Assembly: GCF_030028105.1 (NCBI RefSeq)
Contig: NC_092370.1
Coordinates: forward strand, 130,859,522 to 130,923,521
DNA from: Mobula birostris
Lineage: Eukaryota
Length of the DNA stretch: 64,000 nt
Direction of reading: 5' to 3'
A program made the translations under genes and the position numbers. Under the pieces are notes generated by a model. That model had not been told where the DNA came from, did no database searches, and saw nothing but the letters and a program-made list of their open reading frames with translations. Positions 13,061 to 26,744 of the stretch are shown in pieces. Position 1 is the stretch's first letter. Every line of letters begins with the position of its first letter.

Positions 13061-13880
13061 TCCGATTAATTGGGACATATCGGGGCTGGTATGATTTGGG
13101 ACGATTAAATGGCTGCCCCAATTAGCTGAAGATTCATGGAAACAGTTAAAAAGGTATAAAAAAAATTAACTGAGCAACAAATTATGTATTTAAATGAAAT
13201 ACAGAATGAAATAGAACACTACGACTACTATAAAACTGTGTAATAGTTATAGTTATTGATGGAGGAATTCAGTGTTCACTGAGATATTCTTTTGATTGAA
13301 TATAAATGAACAAAATTGATGCAGAAACTTGGGACAGATAGTGGACTGCCTTCAAACAAGGCTTTCAATGATTGCATTCTCCAAATCTTCATTTTAATTG
13401 TAGCAGTCAAGATGATTGTCAACACCTCCAAATTCTTCATAGTTCCTAACTTGTTAAAGCAGTGAAATCATTTCGTTTTCATTCCTGGCCATTTCTGGCA
13501 TCTCTGAACCTGAATGCTTGAAACCGCAGCGGGCAAAACAGTGCTGAATTGTCTTTGTTTATTAATCGCCAACTATCAGTGACAAAAATCACTGATTTTT
13601 GAACACACACACACGTGATGCTATTTGAAAACTGTTTGCTCTAAGCAGCGTAGTGTCAAACGGCCACACAACATGCATATGACTGACGCTTGTCAGAACA
13701 GGTTCAGCAACTGTCGCCTGCCCCAATTAAACTGCAGTGTCCCAAATAAATGAAGGGAACCCTGGCTGTTTTCTCGATTTGTTTGTGTCTACTGTTTTTG
13801 TTAGAATGTTGTTCTAAGAATGGTCACAAATGAGCAGCTGCCCTATTAACCGTTGGCCACATTAATTTCAATCCATTGTA
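13061..13880. mobile_element. Non-autonomous DNA transposon, Tigger/pogo-like
   Basis: Ends carry related ccaattaa/gctgcccca motifs, and the right end aatccattgta resembles a CAGTGGATT-type TIR next to TA. Non-coding. Confidence 0.4.
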
Positions 13881-15059
13881 TATAAACAAAATAAAGTTAG
13901 AAGTTAAAGTACAGATATGGAATAAAAAATGCAGAAATAGATAAATAACAGCATGCATTTTGGAAGAATCAAAGCTTATGAAAGGTGAGGAAAGTTTTTA
14001 GTACAGATGGAGATGTTTTCTAATCTTCGTGGTCAAAAGAGGATTGAATGACTGCATTACTCTGATTTATTTGCCTTCGTCTGTGGCTGATCCAGCATTA
14101 GACAAGTGGATTTGCCTTTGTTCGCAGCTGACCCAGCAGGAGATGAGGAATTGCTGTGTAGTTTTTCTTGAAGTAACATGTCTCCAGGACAACTTCCCAT
14201 GTACCATCAGTCTCCAGTCCATGGCACTCAGGGACTTGTGATGATGTTATTTTGTGACTGTATGTGCTGAATCATACTATGTCCTTTGGCCCCTGGAGGA
14301 ACGATGTTTCATTTAGCTCTATAAATGTGAATGGTTGAATGACAATTAAACTTGAAGACCTGGGTACAGTGGATCTGGAGAAGTTTTGCTTCACACCACC
14401 AACTTTATTTCCTGTCACTTACCTTATGTACAAACACTCCTGTGCCTAAGATCACTTTATGGACATACATATATTGATTGTATATAAGCTATCTTATATG
14501 TTTATTGTATTTTTTATTATTGTGTTCTTTATTAGTTTTTTCCTGCTGCATCAGATCCAGAGTAACAATTAATCATTCTCCTTTACACTTATGAACTGGA
14601 AATGACATTAAATAAACTTGAAGCTATTAGGAGAGCCTAGGATCTAAGGACGCAGCCTCAGAATAAAGGGATGTCCCTTTAAAAGTGATCGGAGGATGGT
14701 GATTCAACCAAAGGGGAGTGAATCTGTGGTCAGATATCAATGAGGTTTTTGGTTAGTAAGGGAGTAAAGGACGATGGGGAGAAGGCAAAAGAATAGTGTC
14801 GAAAGAAAAATAAGACCAATGCTGATTCAGGAGCCTGATGGTTGTAGGACAATTACTGTTCTTGAACCTGCTGGTGAGGGACCGAAGGTTCTTCTAACTC
14901 CTACCTGATGATAGTAGCGAGAAGAGTGCAATGCCTGGATGGTGGGCTTGAACTTATCCCGGTAATGCGTAGTAAGGTTATACATCTTTCCATCAGCACA
15001 TTGTTGAGATTAAACACAAGGGCAATATTTTTATGTTGAAATACTTAAAAATGGCATGG

Positions 15060-15335
15060 AAGCACAGCAGTCAGCACAATGGTTTACAGCAGCAGCTGTA
15101 AAGATCAGTGTCTATTTCTCATCATGGCTATGACTGCATGGGTTTCTTCCACATCCCAAAGATATATAGGTTAGGGTTAGTAAGTTGTGGGTATGCTATC
15201 TATGTTGGCACCTGAAGTGTGGCAATACTTGCAGAATGTCCCCAGCAACTCTATGGACTATATTGGTTGTTAAAGCAAACCACACATTTCACTGTGTTTC
15301 TATGTACATGTGACAAATAAAGCTAATCTTTAATC
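15060..15335 (+). mobile_element. SINE (V-SINE/HE1-like), degenerate
   Basis: Homologous to the copy at 26745-27050 (gggtttcttccacatcccaaaga...tgtacatgtgacaaataaagctaat). Confidence 0.6.
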
Positions 15336-15443
15336 TTGAATGGAAAAGTACAGAGTAGTTGATTATTCAGTGATTGTTCCAATATCACATTTTATCAAAT
15401 AAAACACTGTACAATTTGAAACATTCAAGAAATACAATAAATG

Positions 15444-15449
15444 TTTAAT
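15444..15449 (-). terminator. POLR2K: Probable POLR2K poly(A) signal ATTAAA
   Basis: ATTAAA on the minus strand about 100 nt after the stop codon, followed by T/GT-rich sequence. Confidence 0.5.
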
Positions 15450-15545
15450 TCTAATGTAGTAAATTTAAAAGGCTTCTCTCCTGAAATTTAGAAGTTAGAT
15501 TTTGAAAGAAACAAGAACTAGAAGTAAATGCTTTAGAGAAAAAGT

Positions 15546-15568
15546 TCATCGGGCGTCAAAAACAACCA
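15546..15568 (-). CDS. POLR2K: POLR2K last coding exon: (L)VVFDAR*
   Basis: cag|TG GTT GTT TTT GAC GCC CGA TGA. Phase matches the upstream exon, and total CDS is 61+93+23=177 nt (58 aa). Confidence 0.96.
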
Positions 15569-15789
15569 CTGTGAATATTCAGGTTAAGAAAAAAAAGTAT
15601 AAATAATGAAGCTATTATTTTAAAAAAGTAACGAGTTTCTTTTCTAACACTCATGATCTATAATTATCCCTACAGTGTTCCACAAGTGAAGAATCTAATT
15701 CCAATCTGGTAAAACTAACTTTCATTTGGGAAAACTTACAACATAATAGGAAAAGAGAGAGCATATAATACAAAAAATGTGGGTAGTTA

Positions 15790-18530
15790 GAGGATTGTGA
15801 AGCTCTTAAAAACCAACAGAAGGTAACTAAACAAAGCCACAAGGAAAAAAAATGGAATACAAAAAGTAAGCTTGATATAACATAAAAGAGGATACCCGGA
15901 AGTTCTTTCAGATATAAAGAGTAAAAGAGGGGGAGAGTGGTTATTGGTCCACTGAAGATTGACGTTGGATAGTAGTCGGAGATGAAGTAATGGCAGATGA
16001 ACTTAATAAGTATTGTGCATCAATCTTCACTGTGGAAGACATTAGCAGTATGCTAGAAATTTGAGAAAGTTGGGCAGAAGAGAATGCATTTGACCTCTAA
16101 AGAGAAGGTGCTTGGGAAGCCGAAAGATCAGAAGGTAAACAAGTCACCTGGACCAGATGGACTACAACCCAAAGTTCTAAAAGTGATAGTTGAAGAGATT
16201 ATGGAGCCAAGAGTAATGACCTTTCAAGAATCACTAGATTCTGGCATGGTTCCAGAGGACTAAATAAGTGCAAATGTCACTCCACTCTTTAAGAAAGGAG
16301 AGAGGCAGAAGAAAGGAAATTATAGGCCACTTTGCCTGACTTCAGTGGTTGGGAAGATGTTGGATTCCATTATTGAGGTTCAGGTTTCGGGTACTTGGAG
16401 GCACATGATAAAATGGGCCACAGTCAGCATGGTTTCCTTAAGGGGAAATCTTGCCTGACAAATCTTTTGAAAATAACAGGTAGTATGGACAAAAGTCTGA
16501 GTCAGTCGATGTTGTTTACTTGGATTTTCAGACTAGCATTGTTATGCCAGAGTACTTAGAGGTAAAGAAGGAGGTAATATTAGGTCCCTTAAAGAGTATT
16601 AAGGTGGATAAGACCCCGGGGCCTGATGAGATATACCTCAGGTTACAGAGGCAAGAGAAGAAATTGCTGGGGCCTTCATCAGTATCTTTGTGTGCTCTAT
16701 AGCCACAGGTGAGGTCCCAAAGATCTGGTGCATAATTAATATTATTTCATTATTCAAGAAGGGAACAAGGGATAATCTTGGAAACTATAGGCCAGTGAGT
16801 CTCACATCAGTGATAGGGAAGTTACTGGACAGAATTCTTAGGGATACAATTTATGAGCATTTGAAAATCTATGGCCTAATTAGGGAGAACCAGTATAATT
16901 GTGCAAGGCAAGTTGTGTTTTACCTACTAGATTGAGATTTTGACGAAGTGGCAAGGGTGATTGATGAAGGTACAGCTGTGGATGTTGTCTACGTGGATTT
17001 TAATAAGGCGTTTAGTAAAGTCCCTCATTGTAAACTCATCCAGAAGATTACGATGCAAAGGATCCAAGGTAAATTAGCTGTTTGGATTGAGAAATGGCTT
17101 ACCGTAGAAAACCGAGGGTAGTGGTCAAAAGGACTTATTCTAGCTGTCATTAGTGATGTTCTGCAGGGATCTGTACTGGGACCTCTGCTGTTTGTGATGT
17201 ATATAAATGGCCTGGATGAAAATGTAGATGGGTGAGTTAATAAGTTTGCAGATGATATGAAGATTAGCGGTGTTGTGGATAGTGTTAATGACTGGCAAAG
17301 AATACAAAGGGGATATAGATTAGTTGCAGATATGGACGGAAAAATGGCGGATGGAGTTTAAGCCGACCAAATGTAAGTGTTGCAACTTGGTAGGTCAAAT
17401 GCAAACACAGGGTACACTGTTCAGGGCAAGATACTGAACTGTGTTGAGCAAAGGGACTTTGGAGAGGGTGCAGAAGAAGTTTACCAGGGTGTTGCCTGGA
17501 TTAGAGGGCAGGGGCTACAAGTGAAGGTAAAGCGAAATTAAATTATCGAAGTACACATATGTCACCATATACAACCCTGAGCTTCATTTTCAAGAGGTTA
17601 GACAAAATCTGGTTATTTTCTCCAGAGCAGCAGAGGCTGAAGGGAAATCTCAAAGGATTACAAGATTGTGAGGCATAGATATAGTACACAGCCAATATCT
17701 TTTTCCGCCCCAAGCGTTGAAATGTCTAATACCCAAGGACATGCACTTAAGGCAAGAGGGGGTAATTTCCAGGGAGATGTGAGGGGCAATTCATTTTACA
17801 TAGATTGGTGAGTGTCTGGAATGCAGTGCCTGGGGTGGTGATAGTGGCAGAAACATTAGAGACTTTTAAAAGATGTCTAGATAGGCACATGAATGTGAGA
17901 AAATAGAAAGTTACGGGCATTCGTGTAGGCGGAAGTGATTCATAATTTAGTTAGCCATTTGATTACTAATTTAATTGGTTTGGAATAACAGTGTGGGCCA
18001 AAGAGCCTGTTCCTGTGATGTACTGTGATATGTTCTATTACTCCGGGAATGAAAAGGCATGGATTAGAAGGGCCGAGATGGCCTGTTTCCATGCTGTAAT
18101 TGTTATATGTTATATGGTTAGCGTACAAGGAGTGTTTCATGGCTCTGGGTCTGTACTTGCTGTTTAGAGGAATGACAGGGCATCTCATTGAAACCTATTG
18201 AATGTTGAAAGGCCTAGATCAGGGTCTAGGACCAGAGGGCACAGCTTCAGAACAGAGGGATGTCTATTTAGACAAGAGAAGAGGAGCAATTTATTTAGCC
18301 AGAGGGTGGTGAATCTGTGGAATTCATTGCCACAGACGGCTGTAGAGGCCAAGTCATTGAGCCTACTTAAAGCAGAAATCGGTAGGTTCTTGATTAGCCA
18401 GAGTGTCTAAAATTACAGGAAGAAGGCAGGAGAATTAGGTTGAGAGGGTTAATGAGTCAGCCATGTTGGAAAGGTGGACCAAAAACCGCTGGGCGAAATG
18501 GCCTAATTCTGCTCCTATGTCATATGGTCT
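15790..18530 (+). mobile_element. Cluster of CR1 LINE ORF2 fragments (at least three pieces)
   Basis: Peptides VDKTPGPDEIY, GNYRPVSLTSVIGKLL and RTRGHSFRTEGCLFRQEKRSNLFSQRVVNLWNSLP; tttgcagatgat (FADD) near 17244. The RT N-terminal region occurs twice, implying separate insertions. Confidence 0.85.
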
Positions 18531-18929
18531 TATACGCCGCACCAGAGCAACACACAAAATTCTGGTGAAACTCAGCCAGTCAGGCATCATCAATGGAGGG
18601 AAATGATCAACTCTGGTCAGAAGAGCAGAAAGCAAGAGAGACACAAGAGGTACTGCAATCTGCTGGAGGAACTCAGCAGGTCAAGCAGCATCTGTACAAG
18701 GCAAGGGATTGTCAATGTTTTGAATTAGGATTGATTGGAGATGTGAGGTGGCCAGTACAAAGAGAAGGGGAGTAGTGAGACAGGAGATAAAACTGATGGA
18801 TTGACAGAGGAGGGTGTAAAAAAAACAGGCAGGTTGCATCAGGTAGGGAAGGGGAGTGATAATGAATGTGACAAATGAGTGGTATATTTAAAGCATCAGA
18901 TTTAAAAAGCAACTAGGATCTGTCAGGAC

Positions 18930-20190
18930 TTTCTGTGAGAATTGAGATTATTCGGATTAATAGGCACCTGGCAAGAGCTAATAAAAAGTTAGGTTTAAGA
19001 GGAGCGGCTATTGTGGGAGTGGGCCAGTGTTAGAGCAAGAAGGCTTCAGCAAGGACAGGCTTGGTTGCGTTTCTGTCCCTTTCCTTATTAGTGCTGATCC
19101 AGAAGAGTAAGAATAGATTCCAGGTCAGTGGTGTGTTTCTTATGCAAGTTGTGGGAGATCTGGAAGAACTCCAATCTCCTTGATTACTACGTCTGCAAGA
19201 AGTGCATCTAGGTGTAGCTCGTTACAGACTGTGCTGGAGAACCGGAGCTGAATGAACTTCGGCTCATTCAGGAGAATGAAGAGTTGATAGGAGCTACAGA
19301 GTGTTAGTGACCCCTAAGTAGGCGGAGGCAGTTAGCTGGGTGAACATCAGGAGGGAAAGGTTATAGGCAGTTAGTGAAGAGTATCCCTGTGCCTATTCCC
19401 CTCAATAATAAGTATACCGCTTTGTATACCGTTGGGGTGGATAACCTACCTGGGGAAAGTCACAGCATCTAGTTCCGGGACTCAGTCTAGCTCTGTGGCT
19501 CAGAAGAAAAGGGAGAAGAATAGGAGAACAATGGTGATAGGGGTTTCAATCATTCAGGGATCAGACAGGAGATTCTTTAGATGTAAAAACATGGTATTTG
19601 CCTCCTAGGTTCCAGGGCCAGAGGCATCTCAGATGAGGTCGGCAGCATTCTTTAGGGAGAAGGCAGTCAGAAGTTGTGGCACATATTAATACCAATAACA
19701 TAGGTAGCAAAAGGGATGAGGCCCTGAAGGGAGAATATAGTGAGCCGAGTAGGAAGCTGCAAAGCAGAACATCAGGGTTGGTCACCTCTCGATTGCCATG
19801 TTCCAGTGAAGTAATAGGATGTTTTGACAGATGATTGCGTGGATGAACAATTGATGCAAGGGGTGTAAGGGGCAGGGCTTCAGATTTGTGGATCACTAGG
19901 ATCTCTTCTGAAGAAAGCCTGTCTAGATGGGAACCAGAGTGACAAGTCAGAAGATGAGGCAGTTGGTGTAATATGTAAGGAGACTGTGAGAAAGGATCAC
20001 AGTCAATACAGCAAAATAGCAGTCAGTGAGATGAGTTGAAATATGTCTGTTTTAATGTGAAAAGCACCAAGAACACGGATAATGAATTTAGAGCATGGGT
20101 CAGTATGTGGAACTACAACATTGTGGTCATTACTGAGACTTGGCAGTCGCAAGGGCAGGAATGGCTGCTGGATATTCCTAGGTTTAGATG
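18930..20190 (+). mobile_element. CR1 LINE 5' part (ORF1 and start of ORF2), degenerate
   Basis: Colinear similarity to the intact ORF1 at 63261 (cccctcaataataagta, accaataacatagg) and to the endonuclease motif attactgagacttgg (ITETW). Confidence 0.75.
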
Positions 20191-20335
20191 TTAGTACAAT
20201 CATCTGCAGGACAAAAGTGACTCTAACAATAAAAGTCCAGCTTGCATCATCATAAATAATACACTAACTTTGTAAATTGAGCAGAACACTTAAACATTAT
20301 TAAAATTATATTGTATACCACACGCTCAAGGATAC

Positions 20336-20428
20336 ATCTCTTTGTTCTCTTCTTGTACATTATTCTGTAACCACATTCTCGGCATCGGATCGGATCTCTT
20401 GCTTTAATTTCATTTTCAGTGTGACACT
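20336..20428 (-). CDS. POLR2K: POLR2K middle coding exon: (E)[30 protein letters not shown]
   Basis: Near-identical to the RPB12/RPABC4 zinc ribbon. Acceptor ttatttcag, donor GTATCCTT, 93 nt. Confidence 0.98.
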
Positions 20429-22099
20429 CTGAAATAAGTAAACAACATCTCATTGTTCAACACCACTAAATTACATTTGTGTCAACATTATCTAATTAAC
20501 TACTTGCGTATATTTATCTGCTAAAGGGAGAAACATTCACTTTTTGATAAAGGTTATGTAGCTAGAAGAATGGCTTGGAAATTTGCTGGAGAATTACTGC
20601 CAGTCTACACTGGCGCATTTTTCGTCATTGATATCGGTGTCCATTTTAAACTCTGGTATTAAGGAGAAATATTTGCTATAAACAAAGTGCTCTAAAGCTG
20701 CTTTACAGTTTGCAAAAATATAATAAAAAATCCTAAGTTTGTTTTATAAACCCTCACGACAAAGCATTAAACAGACCAGCATTGCTAAGAACTTCAGAAT
20801 TGATTGGCTTTACGAAATACATATTATTGTGGGCATTATAGTCAAGGCAAAACAGATTGATATTTGTACAAAAGTGTTAGAATTTATTAAACTCCAGTCA
20901 CAAATGTCTAAATAAGTTAGTTTTAAATCACTTGCATAATAATTATTGCTACAAGAAGATTAGTGAAGGAAGTAAAATTTATGTGCAGGATAATCTATTC
21001 AGGTTTCTTTTACTGGATGTATAGTGGGAATAATGACCAGAATTTTAAGCTTGGATTTCACCAGTTATCTGGGAAAAGTTGTTTGGAAAACTTATCAGTG
21101 GTATCATCAGACACCGAGTGTTTGGTTTTTCAGGACAGGATTATGCAGCTTTGAAAACATTCTATGGTTCTAATTGTTAGATCCAGTAGATCTATAAAAG
21201 TCAGTGACCAAGTAGGAGCTTGTTGAAGTAGATCCCAGTGGAACACGGGAATGCAAGAACTACTTCGTACTTTAACTAAAGGACATCGCGGCTGATCCAA
21301 CTCTATTTCCCGTAACAGCTTTGCTTCTGTTAACACTGAACCTAAAATTATAGCAAAAGTATTAATTCCCCTTGGCAGGCAAAGAGTGTTCCAAATTAAC
21401 CTCAACTTTTGTCAAATACCTTCCAGTGATCCTTACATTGTCCACCTGTCCACAACTTTAGTACCCATTGGGAAACAAAAAGATTTTTCAACCATTAATC
21501 AACTGAATATTTTCTAAGTATTTGATTTCTATGTCCCAAACTATCACCAGATCCAACAATTTTCCAACATGTTTGGTTAAATGGCCTATAATTTCGCTCC
21601 TTCATATGTCATTTTCCAAATATGAAGGAGCAGTTTCTGAATCAACATAGTCTAGGAGATTCAGTCACTCATTTCCTTTTGAAGCCTGGAAATCATCTGA
21701 TCATTTAGCGCCTTTATTTGATTGGATTTTTTGCATCACTATTTTTATAGAAACATCGATTCAATCTTAATTTTCTGATATTAATGGGAATTGGCTTTCA
21801 CCAGTACACCTAAACTCCTCTTTCTTTACTATAAATATCAAAGTAAAATTCACCACTTAATTTACTTTTCTCTACAATATCATTATCATTTAATGGAGCA
21901 CTTTGGTCCTGATCACTATTGTTTTTATAATGTAATTGGAAAGGATATGTGATATTCTTGATATCCCTTTGATGTTTCCTTTACATTTCACCCAATTGTA
22001 GCTCTATCAATGTTCCCCCCCATTTACTGCTGTCAGGACTTGCACCAGTCTTTATATTTTCTTTTAATTTTACACTCTCCTCATCTTTTTGGTAGTCTT

Positions 22100-22580
22100 T
22101 AGAACATGGAACAGTTCTGCACAGGAAGAGGCCATTCAGCCCATGATTTTGTACCTAATTAAGCTAGAGATCAAACGCCTAATAAACTAATCCCTTCTGC
22201 CTACACAATGTCCATATCCCTCCATACTCTACGCAAGAGAGTGTCTGTATCTAATAACCTGTTAAGTGCCTTTATCATAGTTGCATGCACCACCACCTCA
22301 GGCAGCACATTCCAGGCATCCACCATTGTCTGGTAAAAGAAACTTGTCTACACATCAGCTTTGAACTCCCCCCCCACTCCCCAACCAGGTTAAATGCACG
22401 TCCTCTATTAGACATTTTGACCCCAAGAAACAGAATCTGACTCTATTCTCTCAATCTTATAAACCCCTAACAGGTCTCCCCGATCTCTCACTGCTCCAGA
22501 TAAAACAATCCCAAGTATATCCGAGCTCTCCCTATAGAACATATCCTCTAATCTAGGCGACATCCTGGTAATTCCAGGTG
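22100..22580 (-). mobile_element. CR1 LINE 3' fragment
   Basis: Minus-strand peptide RGDLLGVYKI and a CR1-type 3' UTR. Confidence 0.6.
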
Positions 22581-23010
22581 CAAAAAAGGACTTGTCCACA
22601 AGATAAGGATGCATGGATTGGGAGTAATATATTAGCATGGATAGAGGATTTATTCTAACCCAATAGTTAGGATAAATGGACGCTTTGGTGGTTGGCAGTC
22701 AGTGGGAAGCCCACAGTGGGATGATGCTGGGCCTGCAACTGTACCTGATATATAGTAACAATCTGGAAGGAGGATGCATGTACAGAATGCGATAGGATTC
22801 TCTTCAACCTGACTCTCCTTTTCATCCTCCCCTGGCTCTCCTAATGTTCAAGTTATTTTCTAGCTTCTTTATAATCCTCATGGGCTCCCACTTTTTTTCC
22901 ATAAGTAGTATCTGTAGCACCTACCAACCGCAGCAGTACCACCTCATTTTATTAAGAACCCTGCCACATTTCAAGACTTGTCATCAACAGCAATACTGAG
23001 TAGAAAACAC

Positions 23011-23107
23011 AGCATTAACAGGAAAAGTGTAAACTCTTGTCTTTGGTTTCAGTGGGGCATTTCCACTGAAACCAAAGACAAGAGTTTACACTTTTCCTGT
23101 TGATGCT
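23011..23107. repeat. 45-bp near-perfect inverted repeat with a 7-nt loop
   Basis: 23011-23055 is the reverse complement of 23063-23107 apart from one mismatch; the inner 39 bp are perfect. Confidence 0.97.
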
Positions 23108-23980
23108 ATGATTTTGGAAACCTAAATTAAAATGAAATGGCCATTCATGATAATATATAAGATCATGAATTGTCTCTGCCACTTTGCATCCCTACTTTTC
23201 ACTGCACTACAGTACATCCCTAGTTACCTTCTATATCATTAAGCCAGTCATTTAACTTAATCATATGTCACTTCTTTGCAAACACACCATTCCTATATCC
23301 CTTTACTGCTCAGTATTAGTCCAAAACCTTTAGTTAAGACAGGCAACTTAAAGCTGCAAGTTCCTGTCTTCTACTCCAGAATAGTGATATCCCCATTTTG
23401 GCATGCTAGACCAAAGATAGGAAAACTAATGGATAAGAATGCAGAATTTACAACTTAAAAAAAACACAAAGCAAGCTGAACTTTGCAAGACTGTAGGTAA
23501 TGCCAAGTGATGAGGTGCATCTTTGCGGGTACTCTGGACATTGGTGCTGAATACTAGCAGGGATTCCCAACCTATTTCATGCCATGGACTCCGACCATTA
23601 ACATAGGGGTCCGTGGACCCCATATTGCATTATGCCTGTATTTGCACTAAGTAGTGCAAAACAAAAACTAACCGAACGACTTAAAAACATTTCAGAACAC
23701 GCTTACTCCATGTGAAGAAAGAGGAAAAGAAAGTTGTACCAGTAAAAGGTATTACATATTAAGAGTGAGATCTAGGTATCCAAATCCTGTCATTTTGAAT
23801 CAGGTGCATTTAATGTGACAGATACGGCATCTTTCATTTATCCTTTAAACCACTTGAAGCTTCTTGATTTAGTAAGAGTTTCAGAGGTGAATTAAGTACA
23901 TAAAAACACCAGCTTCATCTCACTATAATCTTTATTGTAGTAAAAAAAAATGTTGATATTAAGTTCATCAATTGTGATCA

Positions 23981-24079
<99 letters not shown>

Positions 24080-24440
24080 TTAAGCCGGAAGTCAAGCACC
24101 CAAATTAAGCAGTATTAAAAATCTCTGAGGTGGCAAAACACAGGTAGAATTGTCACTCTTAGGAAAGGGATCATTGTGAAATTAATCAATACAAATGCAA
24201 GAAAAGTGTTCCTTTACTCACAGGATCACACAGTTTAACTGGAGCAATCATCACAAAGATAAATACAACAACAAGATATAAACATAGATAAGAATTTGAA
24301 AACAATGGCTCCAAATGGTATCAGTAGAAAAAGAAATTCCACTGGTATCGGCATTATATAACTAATAGAAAAGTATAAAAAGATTAATGACAGGAGAAAG
24401 ATAAAACTCTATATCTTCCAAAGCTGCTTCTAAGAACTAA

Positions 24441-24580
24441 GACTCCCGATGAAGGGTCTCAGCCTGCAATGTCGACTGTTTATTCCCCTCCATAGACACA
24501 GCCTGACTTGCTGAGTTCCTCCAGCATTTTGTACATCTTGCTCAAGATCTCCAGTAACTGTACAATTTATTGCATCTACA
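24441..24580 (+). mobile_element. Penelope-like element tail with a degenerate hammerhead motif
   Basis: ctcCCGATGAagggtctcagcctGCAAtgtcgactg followed by the family tail gctgagttcctccagcatttt. Confidence 0.7.
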
Positions 24581-24772
24581 AAAAACCCAGTAATTCTCTT
24601 GGTTTAAAGTAGAATGTTGATTGGTACATGATAAATACATTAGAACAAAACCAGTAATATACTATGTTGGGGTTGTTAACTTATCCAGTTTATTGGAATC
24701 AACAATAAAAATATTCAAATTCTATTCAAAACTAAAGATTTGAAAATTCTGTGAGATTTATACGAGGTATTA

Positions 24773-26055
24773 AAATTGTTCCTGTACCTAAAAAGACCAA
24801 GGTAACATGTCTGAATGACTGGTGTCCTGTCGCACTCAGCTCAATAATAAGCAAATGCTTTGAGAGGCTGGTCAAGGACTACATCTGCAGCTTGCTACCA
24901 CCCACACTGGACCCCCTACAATTCACCTACTGACACAACCGATCAACAGATGATACAATAGACACAGCTCTACACACTGTCCTTACACATCTGAAGAGGG
25001 ATGCTTACGTGAGAATGTTGTTCTTGGACTACAGTTCAGCATTCAACACCATAATTCCCTCCAGGCTTGACAAGAAGCTCAGCGACCTTGGCCTTCACCC
25101 TGCCTTGTGCAGCTGGATCCTGGACTTCCTGTAAGATCGCTGGCATGTGGTAAGAGTGGGCTTCCTCACTTCTGCCCCTCAACACAGAAGCCCCTCAGAG
25201 CTGTGTCCTAAGCCCCTCCTTTATTCTCTGTATACCAATGACTGTGTCGCCACCCACAGCTCCAATGTGCTAATTAAGTTTGCTGACGGTACCACATTCA
25301 TTGGCCTTATCTTAAATAATAATGAGGCAGCCTACAGACAGGAAGTCATCACCCTGAAACAATGATGTCAAGAGAACAACCTCTCCTCAATGTCGCAAAA
25401 ACACAGCAGCTGGACGTGGACTACAGGAGGAATGGAGACAGGCTAACCCCCATTGACATCAATGGATCTGGGGTTGAGAGGGTGAACAGTTTTAAGTTCC
25501 TTGGCATACACAGTAGCAAGGATCTCACATGGTCTGTATGGTGTGTGGTGAAAAAAGCACAAAAGCATCTCTATCACCTCAGATAGATGAAGAAATTTGG
25601 CACAAGTCCCCAAATCTTAAGGACTTTCTACAGGGGCACAATTGAGAGAATCCTGACTGGGTGCATCACTGCAGGAGGCCACAGAGAGTGGTGCGGACAG
25701 CCCAGCGCATCCGTAGATGTGAACTTCCCACTGTTCAGGACATTTACAGAGACAGATGTGTAAAAAGGGCCCAAAGGATCATTGGGGACCCGAGTCACCC
25801 AACCACAAACTGTTCCAGCTGCTACCATCTGGGAAACGGTACCACAGCATTAAAGCCAGGACCAACAGGCTCCAGGACAGCTTCTTCCACCAGGCCATCA
25901 GACTGATTAATTCACACTGATATAATTGTATTTCTATGCTATATCGACTGTCCTGTTGTACATACTATTCATTACAAGTTACTATAAATTGCACATTTAG
26001 ACAGATTTTTACTCATGTAAGAAATAAAGGATGTAAGAAATAAAGTCAATTCAAT
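24773..26055 (+). mobile_element. Rex1/Babar-like LINE RT fragment, 5'-truncated
   Basis: Peptides IVPVPKKTKVTCLNDWCPVALSSIISKCFERLV, LDPLQFTY, LIKFADGT and VNSFKFLGIH. Ends in aataaagtcaattcaat. Confidence 0.8.
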
Positions 26056-26744
26056 ACTTAAGAGCTGTTGATGCAACCTGTTAAAAATTCCTAACTGAAA
26101 TCAAATATCAGTTGCAAGCATCTAATTAAAAAAAAAACAATCGAACCATATTCATTAAGCCACTGAGAAATTGGAATGAAAGTCCCTAATCCTAAGATTG
26201 ATACCCCAAAGCAACGTATATTCTATTATATTTATATTTAATTTTTTTTTAAAGTATTAAAGTGTTGGAAGAATTGCAGCCAAATTTTACCAAAAAATCT
26301 CCTGTAAACATCAACGGGTTAAATAACTAAATGATCCATTTAAGAGTTAGTTTCAGAACTAAATTTGGCCAGAATACTAGGAGAAACTTCACTTGTCTTC
26401 TTTCAAATTCAAAATCTGAAACTAGCAGTCTTTCAAAATATAACATACATTTGGAATTAAAGTCAGATTACATCAGCTTAATTTATAATTAACTTAGCTT
26501 AATATTAGAGAGTAGTGTAACATTTACTAATGTCCATTTGGTACCCAATATCACGAAGGTCAGGCTCAGTAATAGCAGCCTAGCTCCATCTGCCCTTGTC
26601 TACATTGGAAAACTAAAACTGGCTAATATAACCAAGGCCAAATGGGGCAGCAGTCCTGGAACAATTTGTAAAAATTGGCTTGGTGTTGGGAGCATAATGG
26701 TTGAGAGTAGTTTTTGTTTTGTGACTGGTAACCTGTGATCAATT

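Larger units (their letters stand above)
15569..20335 (-). other. POLR2K: U12-type (minor spliceosome) GT-AG intron of POLR2K
   Basis: 5' splice site GTATCCTT (20335-20328). Branch site TTCTTAAC (15590-15583) lies 14 nt from the 3' junction with no intervening polypyrimidine tract. Confidence 0.92.

Noticed and set aside
20250-20453. 67-aa single-exon ORF resembling a POLR2K retrocopy
   Set aside because: Only the central 93 nt match POLR2K and they are bounded by splice sites. The other exons lie at 24001-24061 and 15546-15568, so this is an intron-containing gene.
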